From assembly GCA_010909165.1 (NCBI GenBank), contig MU008161.1, forward strand, positions 1,984,001 to 2,048,000: DNA of 64,000 bases, written 5' to 3'. Position 1 is the first letter of the stretch. The number at the start of each line of letters is the position of its first letter. Below the pieces are notes generated by a model. The model saw nothing but the letters and a program-made list of their open reading frames with translations. It searched no databases and was not told where the DNA came from. The position numbers and the translations under genes were made by a program. This document shows, piece by piece, positions 12,575 through 25,119 of this stretch. Source of the DNA: Anthoceros angustus (taxonomy: Eukaryota; Plantae; Anthocerotophyta).

Positions 12575-13805
12575 TTCGACCCCAAGAAATATAAGTTTAC
12601 GTTCCAGGAGATCGAATATCTGGACCATGAGATTGTGCCAGGAGGCATCATGCCACAGTTGGCTAAGATTCAAGCAGTGATACAGATGCCAAGACTCAAG
12701 GATATGGCCTCACTGCGGGCATTTCTGGGGTTGGTCAACTATTACCGTAGGTTCATGAAGAACCTTAGGTCGATTTGCAAACCTCTATATGTGATGTTGA
12801 AGAAGGAGGCTACATGGCACTGGGATCAAGACCAGGAATTGGCTTGGCAAGATCTGAGGGATCAGCTGGCGGAGAAGCCCATGTTACTCAGACCCGATTT
12901 TGAGGCCCCATTTGTGCTACATACCGACTAAAGCATTGCAGGCATAGGCACAATCTTATCACAAGTCGATGCAGAAGGGACAGAGCGTGTTGTGGCATAT
13001 GCCAGCATATCTAACAATTCAGCGAAGGTGAATTACTCCTCGTATGAGGGTGAGTGCTTGGCTGAATTCAGCATGAGCATGCCTTCAAATGTCTCATGCC
13101 GATTCTGCGAGATTTCAAGTGCATCCACACTGTCTTCTACAGCCATTAGAGCCACGAACAGACTAGGCACTGCCTTCCCTCGGCCAGTGTCCTATCAAAC
13201 TCCAGTAACATCACTATTATCCTGTAAGGATTGCGACTGAGGGCATCTGCGTTGTGGTAGACCTTCCCTGCCCTGTGAATGATCTCCATATCATATTCAA
13301 ACAACATGAGCGCCCACCTGGCCAACTTGCCACCAACTTCATGTTGCTCATGAGCCAATGAAGTGGTTGATGATCAGTTACCAACTGGAATCTTCGACCA
13401 AACAAATACACTCGAGAGTGCAGCACTGCCCAAGAATGGTGAGTGGAAGGACAGAAGAATGTGTGGAGACTACCGACCACTGAACAAGGTTACACCAATG
13501 GAAAGGTATCGATGCTAACGCACGAGATCTTCGGCCGCGATTTGCAAGGCGTATTTCACTACATTGGATTTCCGCCCGGGATTCAACCAGATTGTCATAG
13601 TAGAGCAGGATAAGTGCAAGTCGGCATTTTGGGGCAAGGATCAATTGAAAGTGAGAATCCATGCCCTTTGGTCCAAGAATGCTTCTATATATGTCTAGCG
13701 AGTTGTTGATCTGGAACTATGGGGACTGTCGTTTGTTCGATGCTACATTGATGACATCTTCGTCTTCAGTGAAACACTAGAGGACCACCTGGAGCATCTA
13801 TAGAC
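12575..13805 (+). mobile_element. Rearranged Ty3/gypsy pol fragment (RT-C/RNase H-N on +, RNase H-C inverted on -, RT-N on +)
   Basis: LRAFLGLVNYYRRF...PFVLHTD*SIAGIGTILSQ...VVAYAS...YEGECLA (+). WAVLHSRVYLFGRRFQLVTDHQPL / KLARWAL / ADALSR (-, ~13064-13432). RRMCGDYRPLN...LDFRSGFNQI...MPFG...YIDDIFVF (+). Confidence 0.9.
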
Positions 13806-16800
13806 ATAATATTAATCCGTCACGTCATCAATCCGGTGTTTTAAATAAGCACCCGAAAGAGTGCCACATCATCCAACTAGAAAACCCCGTTGTGAACCGA
13901 GTCTTAAAACTTGCCATCATGAAACTTAAACCAATTTACGGAGGTTTTAGATGTTTGTAAAGATTGGGACATTTGCAATTTTGTAAAACACCCTCTCCCT
14001 AGTAGTAATTACTAGATTGTCTAAGTCGATTGAGTAATCTTGTGAGATGAGTGGAATCAGAATGCCGTGTTGCATGTGTCAAACAACGCAATAAACTTAT
14101 CCATGAAAATGATTGGCATACCTTATTGTGTTGCCCATCTTGATTGATGAATAAATATGTTCTGCTTTCTCTATGCCTTAGCACTTGAATGCCTAAACAA
14201 AATAAGAGTTCTCGACAGGATGTCATAGAGAAACTCTTTGCAAGCATTAATCTAGTATCTTCTCGGATAGCCTAGGAATTAGACATAAGACTTTATCATC
14301 GTAGACACCTAGCACTATAAAATGATTATTATATCATTTGATGTAAATGTTGCTATTTGAGTTTAACCTAGAAAAACCTAGGGACTTCAAGCTAATTTAA
14401 AATACCACTTCATGGCGCTTTGCTTGAGTCCATATAAGGACTTTAATAGTTTGCTGGCATTATACTTTTTTTATCTTTAACTTATATACCCTCGTGTATT
14501 TCCGTATAAATTGTGTGGTCGAGGTCACCATATACGAAAGCTATTTTAACATCTAATTGGATGAGCTCATAATCGTGATGAGAAGCCAAAGCTATGAGGA
14601 TCCTTAATGAGGTTATTTTTAGTACATGGCTAAGAGTCTCATCATAATCGAAACCATATTTTGTGAATAACCTTTAGGAATTAATCGACTTTATATCTTT
14701 GTATACCGTCATCCGCATTTAATTTAATTCGATGGTCCATTTAAAACCTACAAGTTTTACATTTTAGTGGTAAGGTGGTTAGTGTCCAAGTTTTGTTAGC
14801 TTTCAAGGAATCTAATTTTGACCTTATTGCTTTCTTCCAATTTTCTCTTCATGCACATGTGATGGCCTCTTGATACTTGTGCCAAAATATTCTTAGGGTC
14901 CCATTAGTAGGGGAATATCTATTAATTTTACTTGCGTTAGAATGTTGAAGAAGGAGGCTACATGGCAATCGGATCAAGACCAGAATTGGCTTGGCAAGAT
15001 CCGAGGATCACCGCTGAAGCCCATGTTACTCGTAACCCGATTTTGAGGCCCCATTTGTGCTACATACCGACTAAAGCAGTGCATAGGCACAATCTTATCA
15101 CAAGTCGATGCAGAAGGGACAGCGTGTTGTGGCATATGCCAAGATATCTAACAACAAGGTGAATTACTCCGTGATGAGGGTGAGTGCTTGAATTCAAGCA
15201 TGAGCATGCCTTCAAATGTCTCATGCCGATTGCGAGATTTCAAGTGCATCCACACTGCTCTCTCACCATTAGAGCCACGACTAGGCACTTCCCTCGCCGG
15301 TCCTATCAAACTCCAGTAACATCACTATTATCCTGTAAGGATTGCGACTGAGGGCATCTGCGTTGTGGTAGACCTTCCCTGCCCTGTGAATGATCTCCAT
15401 ATCATATTCAAACAACATGAGCGCCCACCTGGCCAACTTGCCACCAACTTCATGTTGCTCATGAGCCAATGAAGTGGTTGATGATCAGTTACCAACTGGA
15501 ATCTTCGACCAAACAAATACACTCGAGAGTGCAGCACTGCCCAAGAATGGTGAGTGGAAGGACAGAAGAATGTGTGGAGACTACCGACCACTGAACAAGG
15601 TTACACCAATGGAAAGGTATCTGATGCTAACGCCAGACGAGATCTTCGACGCGATTTGCAAGGCGAAGTATTTCACTACATTGGATTTCCGCTCGGGATT
15701 CAACCAGATTGTCATAGTAGAGCAGGATAAGTGCAAGTCGGCATTTTGGGGCAAGGATCAATTGTGAAAGTGAGAATCCATGCCCTTTGGTCTGAAGAAT
15801 GCTTCTATATATGTCTAGCGAGTTGTTGATCTGGAACTATGGGGACTGTCGTTTGTTCGATGCTACATTGATGACATCTTCGTCTTCAGTGAAACACTAG
15901 AGGACCACCTGGAGCATCTATAGACATAATATTAATCCGTCACGTCATCAATCCGGTGTTTTAAATAAGCACCCGAAAGAGTGCCACATCATCCAACTAG
16001 AAAACCCCGTTGTGAACCGAGTCTTAAAACTTGCCACATCAGCGAAACTTAAACCAATTTACAGCGGAGGTTTTTAGATGCTGTAAAGATTGGGACATTT
16101 GCAATTTTGTAAAACACCCCTCTCCCTAGTAGTAATTGCTGACGAGATTGTCTAAGTCAGGATTGAGTAATCTTGTGAGATGAGTGGAATCTGTAATGCC
16201 GTGTTGCATGTGTGCTGAAACAACGCAATAAACTTATCCATGAAAATGATTGGCATACCTTATTGTGTTGCCCATCTTCGATTGATGAATAAATATGTTC
16301 TGCTTTCTCTATGCCTTAGCACTTGAATGCCTAAACAAAATAAGAGTTCTCGACAGGATGTCATAGAGAAACTCTTTGCAAGCATTAATCTAGTATCTTC
16401 TCGGATAGCCTAGGAATTAGACATAAGACTTTATCATCGACGTAGACACCTAGCACTATAAAATGATTATTATATCATTTGATGTAAATGTTGCTATTTG
16501 AGTTTAACCTAGAAAAACCTAGGGACTTCAAGCTAATTTAAAATACCACTTCATGGCGCTTTGCTTGAGTCCATATAAGGACTTTAATAGTTTGCTGGCA
16601 TTATACTTTTTTTATCTTTAACTTATATACCCTCGTGTATTTCCGTATAAATTGTGTGGTCGAGGTCACCATATACGAAAGCTATTTTAACATCTAATTG
16701 GATGAGCTCATAATCGTGATGAGAAGCCAAAGCTATGAGGATCCTTAATGAGGTTATTTTTAGTACATGGCTAAGAGTCTCATCATAATCGAAACCATAT

Positions 16801-17100
16801 TTTTGTGAATAACCTTTAGGAATTAATCTGACTTTATATCTTTGTATACTGTCATCCGCATTTAATTTAATTCTGATGGTCCATTTAAAACCTACAAGTT
16901 TTCTGTTTAGTGGTAAGGTGGTTAGTGTCCAAGTTTTGTTAGCTTTCAAGGAATCTAATTTTGACCTTATTGCTTTCTTCCAATTTTCTCTTCATGCACA
17001 TGTGATGGCCTCTTGATACTTGGCAGGCCAAAATATTCTTAGGGTCCCGCCAGTTAGTAGGGGAATATCTATTAATTTTACTTGCGTTAGAATGTTGAAG
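12794..17100. repeat. Direct tandem duplication, two ~2.15 kb units (12794-14941, 14942-17091)
   Basis: ATGTTGAAG occurs at 12794, 14942 and 17092. The units are colinear and differ mostly by small indels. Confidence 0.95.
13820..14005. mobile_element. Probable CACTA-type terminal fragment (duplicate at ~15935-16135)
   Basis: Subterminal motifs TGCCACATCA and CCCCGTTGT, shared with 28830-29960. The fragment ends ...CTAGTAGT. Confidence 0.35.
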
Positions 17101-18925
17101 GCGCCTCCCCCTAATATCCGTGACATTGTCAGGTCAAGAAGTGTCCTCTTTGGTATTATCCAGATTAGGGTCTTGAGGTCCATCCATTTGTGCGATATTT
17201 TGTGGATGAGGTAAGTAATTAATATTTTCCAAATTCAGATGCCTACTTGTTGGAGCATCATATTGTGAGAGCGAGCTGCCCTAAATGGTCTTGTTGTTTA
17301 TAGTTATTTGCTGCTAGTCATTTTCTACACTCCTAATATACATGGCCAGGTATTTTGCAATAGCCACAGATCGGTTTGCATTAGGGGTTATAATTCCTCC
17401 TTCCTTTGCTGGGATATGATCCCCATCCACGATGGCTACCTCTGAAAGTGACCACGTCCAGATCCCCTACCTCGAGATCTGCCTCTGCCACTGAAGAAGG
17501 CGCTGGAGGATGCTTCTCCAGCATATGCGAAGACCTTTCATCTTGCCTCTTCAATAAGCATTGCACTAATTACTTTGTTAATTGTTAGGGGTTGTACTCC
17601 CGACAAACTTTGTACCACAGTGATCCAGGTTTCCGGGAGTGTTGATAAGAGGAATGCGGCTGTGAGATCCTCAGAGATATTCAAGCCCACATCTTGAAAT
17701 TTGATTGTCTAGCTGCGCAAGATCATTGCATGATGATCTACGGGGTCACCTTCGGCCATTCGAAGTCCGAAATAATTTTTTGTGGTATGGATTGTGTGCA
17801 TGATGTCAGTAGCTACGTAGACTTCATGCAGTTGCTTCCATACACCAGCTGCAGTTTCTGTGCCTTCTAGTTGCTGGAGGTTTCCCTGGCGTATGCTTTG
17901 CATAAGAACATTTCGGCCTCTTGGTTCTTTTCTTCCCATTCGTCTTTTTGAGCTTAAGTAGCATTTGGTGCAGATGGTTGGGGAATCGGGACGGTTGGAT
18001 TGCCCAAGCCGCCAACATAACCCCAAAGTTTCCTCTCCTTTAAGATGTTGGTTATCCGAAACTTGCACATAGGGAAGTTGTGTTGCTGCCCATTAAAACT
18101 CTCTTCTTTTGACAAGGATATATGTGAAGCTAACATGTTGGGTTTGCAAGGTAAAGATGGTATGTCTAATTGTGTCGTTGATTGCTAACTGCAGAATAAT
18201 CACTACTTTGTAGATTTTGTGTGATTGAGTGCTTTGCTCAAGAGTGGTGATTTTGTATAGTATGGAATCCTGAATTTCTTGAATTTCATCTGCAAGGATT
18301 GGGTGTGGGAAGTTTGGCTGTTTGGACAGAATGTTAAGGTGGGTGGCAATGCAATCTCTTACATGTGCTGGTGAGAGCTTTGACAAATCTATGTCGAACT
18401 GCATGGTAAACTGATGGATCATTGCGAGAGACCTGATATTGCGATTTGGATGTATGCGCAATCATTATAATCGGTTGAGTTGAATTCTCCTCGTAGGAGA
18501 ATGTTGATTTGTGAATGTTCTCCTAATGCAGAGTATATCCATAGATTTTCCTTTGCCTCTTTTAGATAGGTTTGCACTATGCACGTTCTGCGCTGTTCAA
18601 GATGCTGAGAAATTTGTATAGCACGTCTGCGCAAGCAGTGGCGCCTTTGATGGCCGGGCATGATGGAGGCTTATACGGGTCATGATTATACATGTAAGAT
18701 TGGTGAGCGAGAAGCCTACTCTGATACCATGTCATAATCAGGCAGTAAGATTCGATGTATTCAATTGAACTGTAAACGAGCGCACGAAGAGCGCTTTTCA
18801 GAGGGGCAAGGCCCAGAAACGTTATGTCTCTTTAAGGTTTAAGACGTAACCATTCGTATCATACTCGTATTGAGACGTGCCCTAAAAGGACATTATACTA
18901 CTTACTTTAGCAAAGAAAGGGTCTG
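16140..18925 (-). mobile_element. Ty1/copia LTR retrotransposon, internally deleted (gag joined to post-integrase linker and RT); RT part duplicated at ~14010-14941
   Basis: gag FNGQQHNFPMCKFRITNILKERKLWGYV, LLSTLPETW, and a CGYCKIPGH knuckle at ~17330-17360. RT KANKTWTL...RYKVRLIPKGYSQKYGFDYDET...QLDVKIAF. PBS present, and the 5' LTR begins at 18730. Confidence 0.88.
18718..18729 (-). promoter_or_regulatory. Primer-binding site complementary to tRNA-iMet (TGGTATCAGAGT)
   Basis: The plus strand reads actctgatacca, immediately followed by TGT (the LTR terminal CA on the minus strand). Confidence 0.85.
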
Positions 18926-19498
18926 TCATGCCGTGTGATACTAATCTCTGCACTTGGGTTTAGTGTTTGATTAGCATTAATTAATCTAATTACTTATCTT
19001 CAAGTAAGTAATTAGTGTTAATTAATCTAAAGTGCTTATGTTAATTAAGCGTTGATTAGTGTTAATTAATCTAATGTGCTTATGTTAATTAAGCATTGAT
19101 TAGTGTTAATTAAACATGGTTAGCAATAGCTAAGTGGATAAGCTCAAGTAATATGCTTTGGCATATTCCTTGCATATTATAGTGTATTCTTAGGATACAA
19201 TAGCTAAGTGGATAAGCTCAAGTAATATGCTTTGGCATATTCCTTGCATATTATAGTGTATTCTTAGGATATTTCGCATACCGATGCCAATAGGATATCT
19301 TAGGAATATGCCAGTGGTCTAGTATATAGACCCTTCCATTGAGGACAAGCTCAGATCATAGCTTGTCCTCTAGATATGCAATGCAAGGCGTTGTGAGGAG
19401 GCCAAAGCTATGACTGAGAGCGATGTGAGGAATTTGCGTGTTGTTCTCGTGGGAGAGTGTGTTTGTGCCACACGTGCGAGCTACTCCCTCCTGTTGTT
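18925..19498 (+). repeat. Left LTR-like direct repeat
   Basis: Colinear with 30732-31303 (gtgatactaatct...cacttgggtttagtgtttgattagc through gagctactccctcctgttgtt). Contains an internal ~72 bp tandem repeat. Confidence 0.85.
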
Positions 19499-19524
19499 AC
19501 AAGCTATGATCTCGTGTGTGCACT

Positions 19525-20075
19525 AGATAGGCGATGCTAGGCGATGCCAGGCGATGCTAGCGTGCTAGGCGATGCCAGCGATGCCAGGCGATGCTAGATG
19601 CTAGGTGCTAGGTGCTAGGTGACGCTAGCGATGCCAGGCGATGCCAGGCGCTAGGCGATGCTAGGCGACGCTAGCAGGCGATTTGTGCAGGCCAAGGCCA
19701 AGAGGAGGAGGCAAGGCCAAGGAGGAGGAGGCAAGCCCAAGGCCAAGGAGAGGAGGCTGAAGAAGGCCAAGGAGACTCAAGTCCAAGGCCAAGGAGAGGA
19801 GGAGAAGAAGCCCAAGTCCAAGGCCAAGGAGAGGAAGAAGCCCAAGTCCAAGGCCAAGGAGAGGAGGCGAAGAAGCCCAAGTCCAAGGCCAAGGAGAGGA
19901 GGCGAAGAAGCCCAAGTCCAAGGCCAAGGAGAGGAGGCGAAGCCCAAGTCCAAGGCCAAGGAGAGGAGGCGAAGAAGCCCAAGTCCAAGGCCAAGGAGAG
20001 GAGGCAAGAAGTCCAAGGCCAAGGCCAAGGCCAAGGAGAGGAGGCAAGAAGAAGAAGCCTACCAAGGAGAGGAAT
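19525..20075. repeat. Short tandem arrays: ~10 bp GGCGATGCYA units, then ~40 bp CAAGGCCAAGGAGAGGAGG..GAAGAAGCCCAAGTC units
   Basis: Periodicity directly visible. These arrays produce the low-complexity shadow ORFs at 19658-20183. Confidence 0.95.
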
Positions 20076-20599
20076 GAGGCCTCCACAGGGGCTGGCCTTT
20101 AAGGCCAACCAACCAAGGGAGAAACAAGAGTATTTTACTCTTGGGCCCTGGATTCCAAGGGATAAGGGGAAGCGGATAGACATGGGTATGTCATCAGTCC
20201 ATTTGATTTCACTTTCTGTCCAAAAGTCCTAGTCGGCACCCCATCCAGGTACTGATCCACCCACGGTGCTTAACTCTGAGTTCCTATGCCTTTGCTATCC
20301 AACTCACCCAGCTCACATTTTTGATATAGCCTGCAGAGTATTTGTATGTGATTTTAACATGCATAGATACTTAGAGGTTTCACTAATCACGATCTAAGAT
20401 AGCGGGTGTGTTAACCTTGATTAAGGGTTTGATCTAGCCACTAACCGCCTGGAGTGCATGCTCGACACACTCGATCCGGACGGAGCTACCAACCAGAAGT
20501 CCATCGAGCGAATTCAAGTCCCGACCAAGAGGAGAAGTAACACCTCGATTTTGGTACCACCAAGGACGCGGAGGAACCCAAATGACACAATCAACAATC

Positions 20600-22880
20600 T
20601 TTGAAGGATCCGTGGAGTGGCAACACACAAGACAAAGTGCTGGACAACTCGGTAGCGGCGAGGAGGACTTGTCTCTTGGAGTCGTCAAGATGGGAGGAGA
20701 CAAGGATCGAATGGAGTTGTTCACAGGACGAGCGGCACCTTGCCACGGAGGACTTCATCGAGAAATGCAGTGCGGTGTGTGCGGAGATGGAATTGAAGAC
20801 CGGATACACGAAGCGATACGGCTTCATCCAAATGCCAAGTACTTGGGGATGAAGCATTGGCGTGCTATCGCGAGCACAAAGGTTGTTGGCCTGGAGGAGG
20901 CAAGAAGCCCAAGCCCAAGGCCAAGGAGAGGAGGCGGTGCACCGTGGGCACGATCCCATCGAAGAGATGTTTGACATCTTCCGGAGTTTCGCAAGCACGG
21001 ATGAGAAGATCTCCGGTGACACACTTCAAGATGAAGTCGGCGAGATGGCTTATCAAGAATCGACCGGTTGATGTGACACCAAGATCATGAGTGACCGTGC
21101 TGCAGAGAATGCGGGCATTGCCATATACGCTGCGCATGAAGGTGCAACAAGCGGTGCACAGACGAAGGGCAACACTACACCCTCAAGGAAGTGTACGAGA
21201 TGGCTGATAGGGCCCGCCGACACTTTCTCTCGTCTTTGTTGCAAGTGATTACTCCGGCACAAGTAGGAGTGGTGGGCGACATGGCCAAGCGGAGGTCGAG
21301 TGGAGGAGCTCGGCGAGACAAGCCAGCCCACACCAAGTGGCGAGCCCTGCGTGAGGTGCCGAGGACGGACCATTCCCCTCATGAGTGCGAGCATGCATTC
21401 GGAGGAGTCAAGGGTGAGGAGCCATGCCCTAGGTGTGGAGGTACGGCACAATGAAGCGGCATGTTGGGAGAAGCATCCGAATTGCGGCCTACGGGTTATC
21501 GAGCGGCGGCCAATGCATCTGCGTCAACCTCATCCACAAAATCGGCGAAAGCAAGTGGAGGAGGCAAGCCCAAGGCCAAGTCCCGTGGACAAAAAGCGGG
21601 AAGCATCAAAGAAGGCGATGGGCGCTCGTGGCACGCCTTGCAAAGCTGGAAGTTGGTGCGGAAGGCGAAGATCAAGGAGAGCGGCGGTTCATCATCGAGG
21701 ACGAAGAAGATGAGCACAAGCTTGGATACATGGCGGCGTGACCGGATCCAAGGGCAAGGGAGGACTTGTCTCTTGGAGTCGCCAAGATGGGAGGAGACAA
21801 GGATCGAATGGAGTTGTTCACAGGACGAGCGGCACCTTGCCACCGGAGGACTTCATCGAGAAGTACGCGTGTGTGCGGAGATGGAATTGAAGACCGGATA
21901 CACGAAGCGATACGGCTTCATCCAAATGCCAAGTACTTGGGGATGAAGCATTGGCGTGCTATCGCGAGCACAAGGCGAGGCTGTTGAGCGACACTGGAGG
22001 ACCAGTGAGTAGCGCTCAAGCTGGAAGGAACCAGGCAGACGGAGTGGCACCGAGTGGGCACGATCCCATCAAGAGATGTTTGACATCTTCCGGAGTTTCG
22101 CAAGCACGGATGAGAAGATCTCCGATGACACACTTCAAGATGAAGTCAGAGACCGCAAAGATGGCTTATCAAGAATCGACCAGGTACGTGACACCAAGAT
22201 CATGAGTGACCGACGCAGAGAAGTACTTGCAGCATTGCCATATGCATGCGCATGAAGGTGCAACAAGCGGTGCACAGACGAAGGGCAACACTACACCCTC
22301 AAGGAAGTGTACGAGATGGTCGACAAGATAGGGCCCGCCGACACTTTCTCTCGTCTTTGTTGCAAGTGATTACTCCAAAGACAAGTAGGAGTGGTGGACG
22401 ACATGACCGACGCGGAGGTCGAGTGGAGGAGCTCGGCGAGACAAGCCAGCACACACCCCAAGTGACGAGCCCTGCGTGAGGTGCCGAGGACGGACCATTC
22501 CCCTCATGAGTGCGAGCATGCATTCGGAGGAGTCAAGGGTGAGGAGCCATGCCCTAGGTGTGGAGGTACGGCACAATGAAGCGGCATGTTGGGAGAAGCA
22601 TCCGAATTGCGGCCTACGGGTTATCGAGCAGCAACCCCGCCAATGCATCACGCCAACCTCATCCACAAAATCAAGAGCAAAGGCGCCGTGGAGGAGGCAC
22701 TGCAAGTCCCGTGGACAAAAGAAACGGGAAGCATCAAAGAAGACGATGGATGCTACGTGGCACGCCTTGCAAAGCTGGAGAAGTTGGTGCGGCGAAGATC
22801 AAGGAGAGCAGCTCATCATCGAGGACTAAGAAGATGAGCACAAGCTTGATACATGGCGACCGGATCCAAGGGCAGGGAAG
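20600..22880 (+). pseudogene. Gypsy gag with two CCHC zinc knuckles, present as two ~1.1 kb tandem copies (20662-21758, 21759-22878)
   Basis: CVRCxGTDHSPHEC (~21348) and CPRCGGTA(H)NEAAC (~21425) are recoverable across small indels and repeat at ~22470-22590. Confidence 0.75.
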
Positions 22881-22949
22881 AAACCTCCGCCTACGAGAGA
22901 AGATAGCTCGAGGAAGAAGAGGATGTCTTGACACCAGCGGAAGACACGG

Positions 22950-25117
22950 AAGGAAGCTTGGGATCCTCTTCCGAACCTATGCCAAGATGCCAAAGTCGTT
23001 TGAGCCATTGCCAGCAACAGCAACTGTGGGAGCAACATCAAAGTCAGTGGGCGATGTGGAGAAACCCATGCACGGACGGAGACGATGGCACAAAAGCTTG
23101 GAGATGCCATGTTTCACCTACAAGACATGGGGTTGAGCGTGAAGGAAGTCGGGGTTTGACTCGGCGGATGTTGACAACCCTTGAAGGCGAAGCAAGTGTC
23201 CAAGATTTGCCACAGGTGGCAATGATGTCATTGCGACCTCGAGCCAAGCATCTCGTGGAAGCGGAATCAGTGGGAGTGGCTTTGGTCAACAATCGGAGAG
23301 GCACATTGAAATCAATGGATTCGCACCAAGGAGGTGTTGATTGACACCGAGCACACCGGTGATCGTTGGAAGAAGAGTGAAGGAAGCGTTGGGTCTCCAC
23401 CAAGAAAGGTTGAAGGAAACCAAGTGGAAGATCCAGACCTGGGACCACGGAGCATGTGTTGGGGTGACAAGGTACAACTGAAGGTTTCATTCAAACCAAG
23501 AATCAGACTTCACCTTTGTCGAGGTACACCGCTTGGTCAGATCACGAGACATTTGATGTCTTCTTTGGGAGCGGACGCTTTGTACAAACACAGAGTCATG
23601 GTGGATTTGTGGGCGGAGGTCTACTATCGACCAGTGGAGAAGCTGGAGCAAAACCGATGAACGGATTGCCGCATCCCTCTGCGGCATGGCAAGGATCATG
23701 AGAACCTCATTGCCAGCGTCTACCCAGTGTTTGGCGCCGTAGTGAAGGACACGCCATACGTGCTTGAACCTCTTGGCGTGTGTCTAACAACGACCGATGG
23801 AGGATTTCGGAGGAGGAGGAAGACAAGCTAGGGTTGCAACCACCCTCGGAGGAGGTTCTTCAAGTCGGGAGCTGGTGATGCGGCAATGAGCCGTGCAAAA
23901 GGCTGTGGAGGATGGTGCAAGAGGACCCGGTGCCCTATGAGGAGAACTACGTAAGTTCTTGCCTAGGGTTGAGCCTGTTTGTGACCTAAACACCCGGTCA
24001 TCACATGGCGACCTCGGGAAGACGGAAGCTTCGGATCCTCTTCCGAACCTATGCCAAGATGCCAAAGTCGCTTGAGCCATTGCCAACAGGAGCAACTGGG
24101 AGCAACATCAAAGTCCAGAGAGTGGGCGATGTGGAGAAACCCATGCAGATTGCTGACGGAGACGATGGCACAAAAGCTTCTGGAGATGCCATGTTTCAGC
24201 CTACAAGACATGGGGTTGAGCGTGAAGGAAGTCAGGGGTTTGACTCGGCGGATGTTGACAACCCTTGAAGACGAAGCAAGTGTCCAAGATTTGCCACAAC
24301 AGTGCAATGATGTCATTGCGACCTCGAGCCAAGCATCTCGTGGAGAAGCGGAACGCAATGGTGGAGTGGCTTTGGTCAACAATCGGGAGAGGCACATTGA
24401 AATCAATGGATTCGCACCAAGGAGGGTGTTGATTGACACCGAGCAGCCCGGTGATCGTTGGAAGAAGAGTGAAGGAAGCGTTGGGTCTCCACCAAGAAAG
24501 GTTGAAGGAAACCAAGTGGAAGATCCATCAGCTGGGACCACGGAGCATGTGTTGGGGTGACAAGGTACAAGTCAAGGTTTCATTCAAACCAAGAACAGCA
24601 GACTTCACCTTTGTCGAGGTACACCGCTTGGTGATGCATACATTTGATGTCTTGCTGGAGCGGACGCTTTGTACAAACCGAGTCATGGTGGATTTGTGGA
24701 CGGAGATGCCTACTATCGACCAGCCGGAGAAGCTGGAGCAAAACCGATGAACGGATTGCCCGCATCCCTCTGCATGGCAAGGATCATGAGAACCTCATTG
24801 CCTACACCCAAAGGTTTGGCGCCAGAGTGAAGGACACGCCATACGTGCTTGAACCTCTGGCGTGTGTCTAACAACCGCAATCGACCGATGGAGGATTTCG
24901 ACGAGGAGGAGGAAGACAAGCTAGGGTTGCAACCACCCTGAGGAGGTTCTTCAAGTCACCGGACGGAGCTGGATCGCAGAATGAGCCGTGCAAAAGGCTG
25001 TGGAGGATGGTGCAAGAGGACCAAGGTCCTATGAGCCGAGAACTAAGTTCTTGCCTAGGGTTGAGCCTGTTTGTGACCTAAACACCTGTGTCATCACATG
25101 GCGACCTCGGGAAGACG
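22950..25117 (+). pseudogene. Gypsy aspartic protease region, two ~1.08 kb tandem copies
   Basis: VLIDT(G)AQPVIVGRRVKEALGL at 23334 and ~24426, followed by DFTFVEV..FDVLL. Duplication junction at ggaagacgg (~24018/25109). Confidence 0.75.
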
Positions 25118-25119
25118 GC

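Noticed and set aside
19658-20183. Lys/Arg-rich (RRRSPSPRPRR, KKPKSKAKE) and Leu/Trp-rich ORFs resembling protamine-like or membrane proteins
   Set aside because: All frames on both strands are open only because of the stop-free ~40 bp tandem repeat in the retrotransposon leader.
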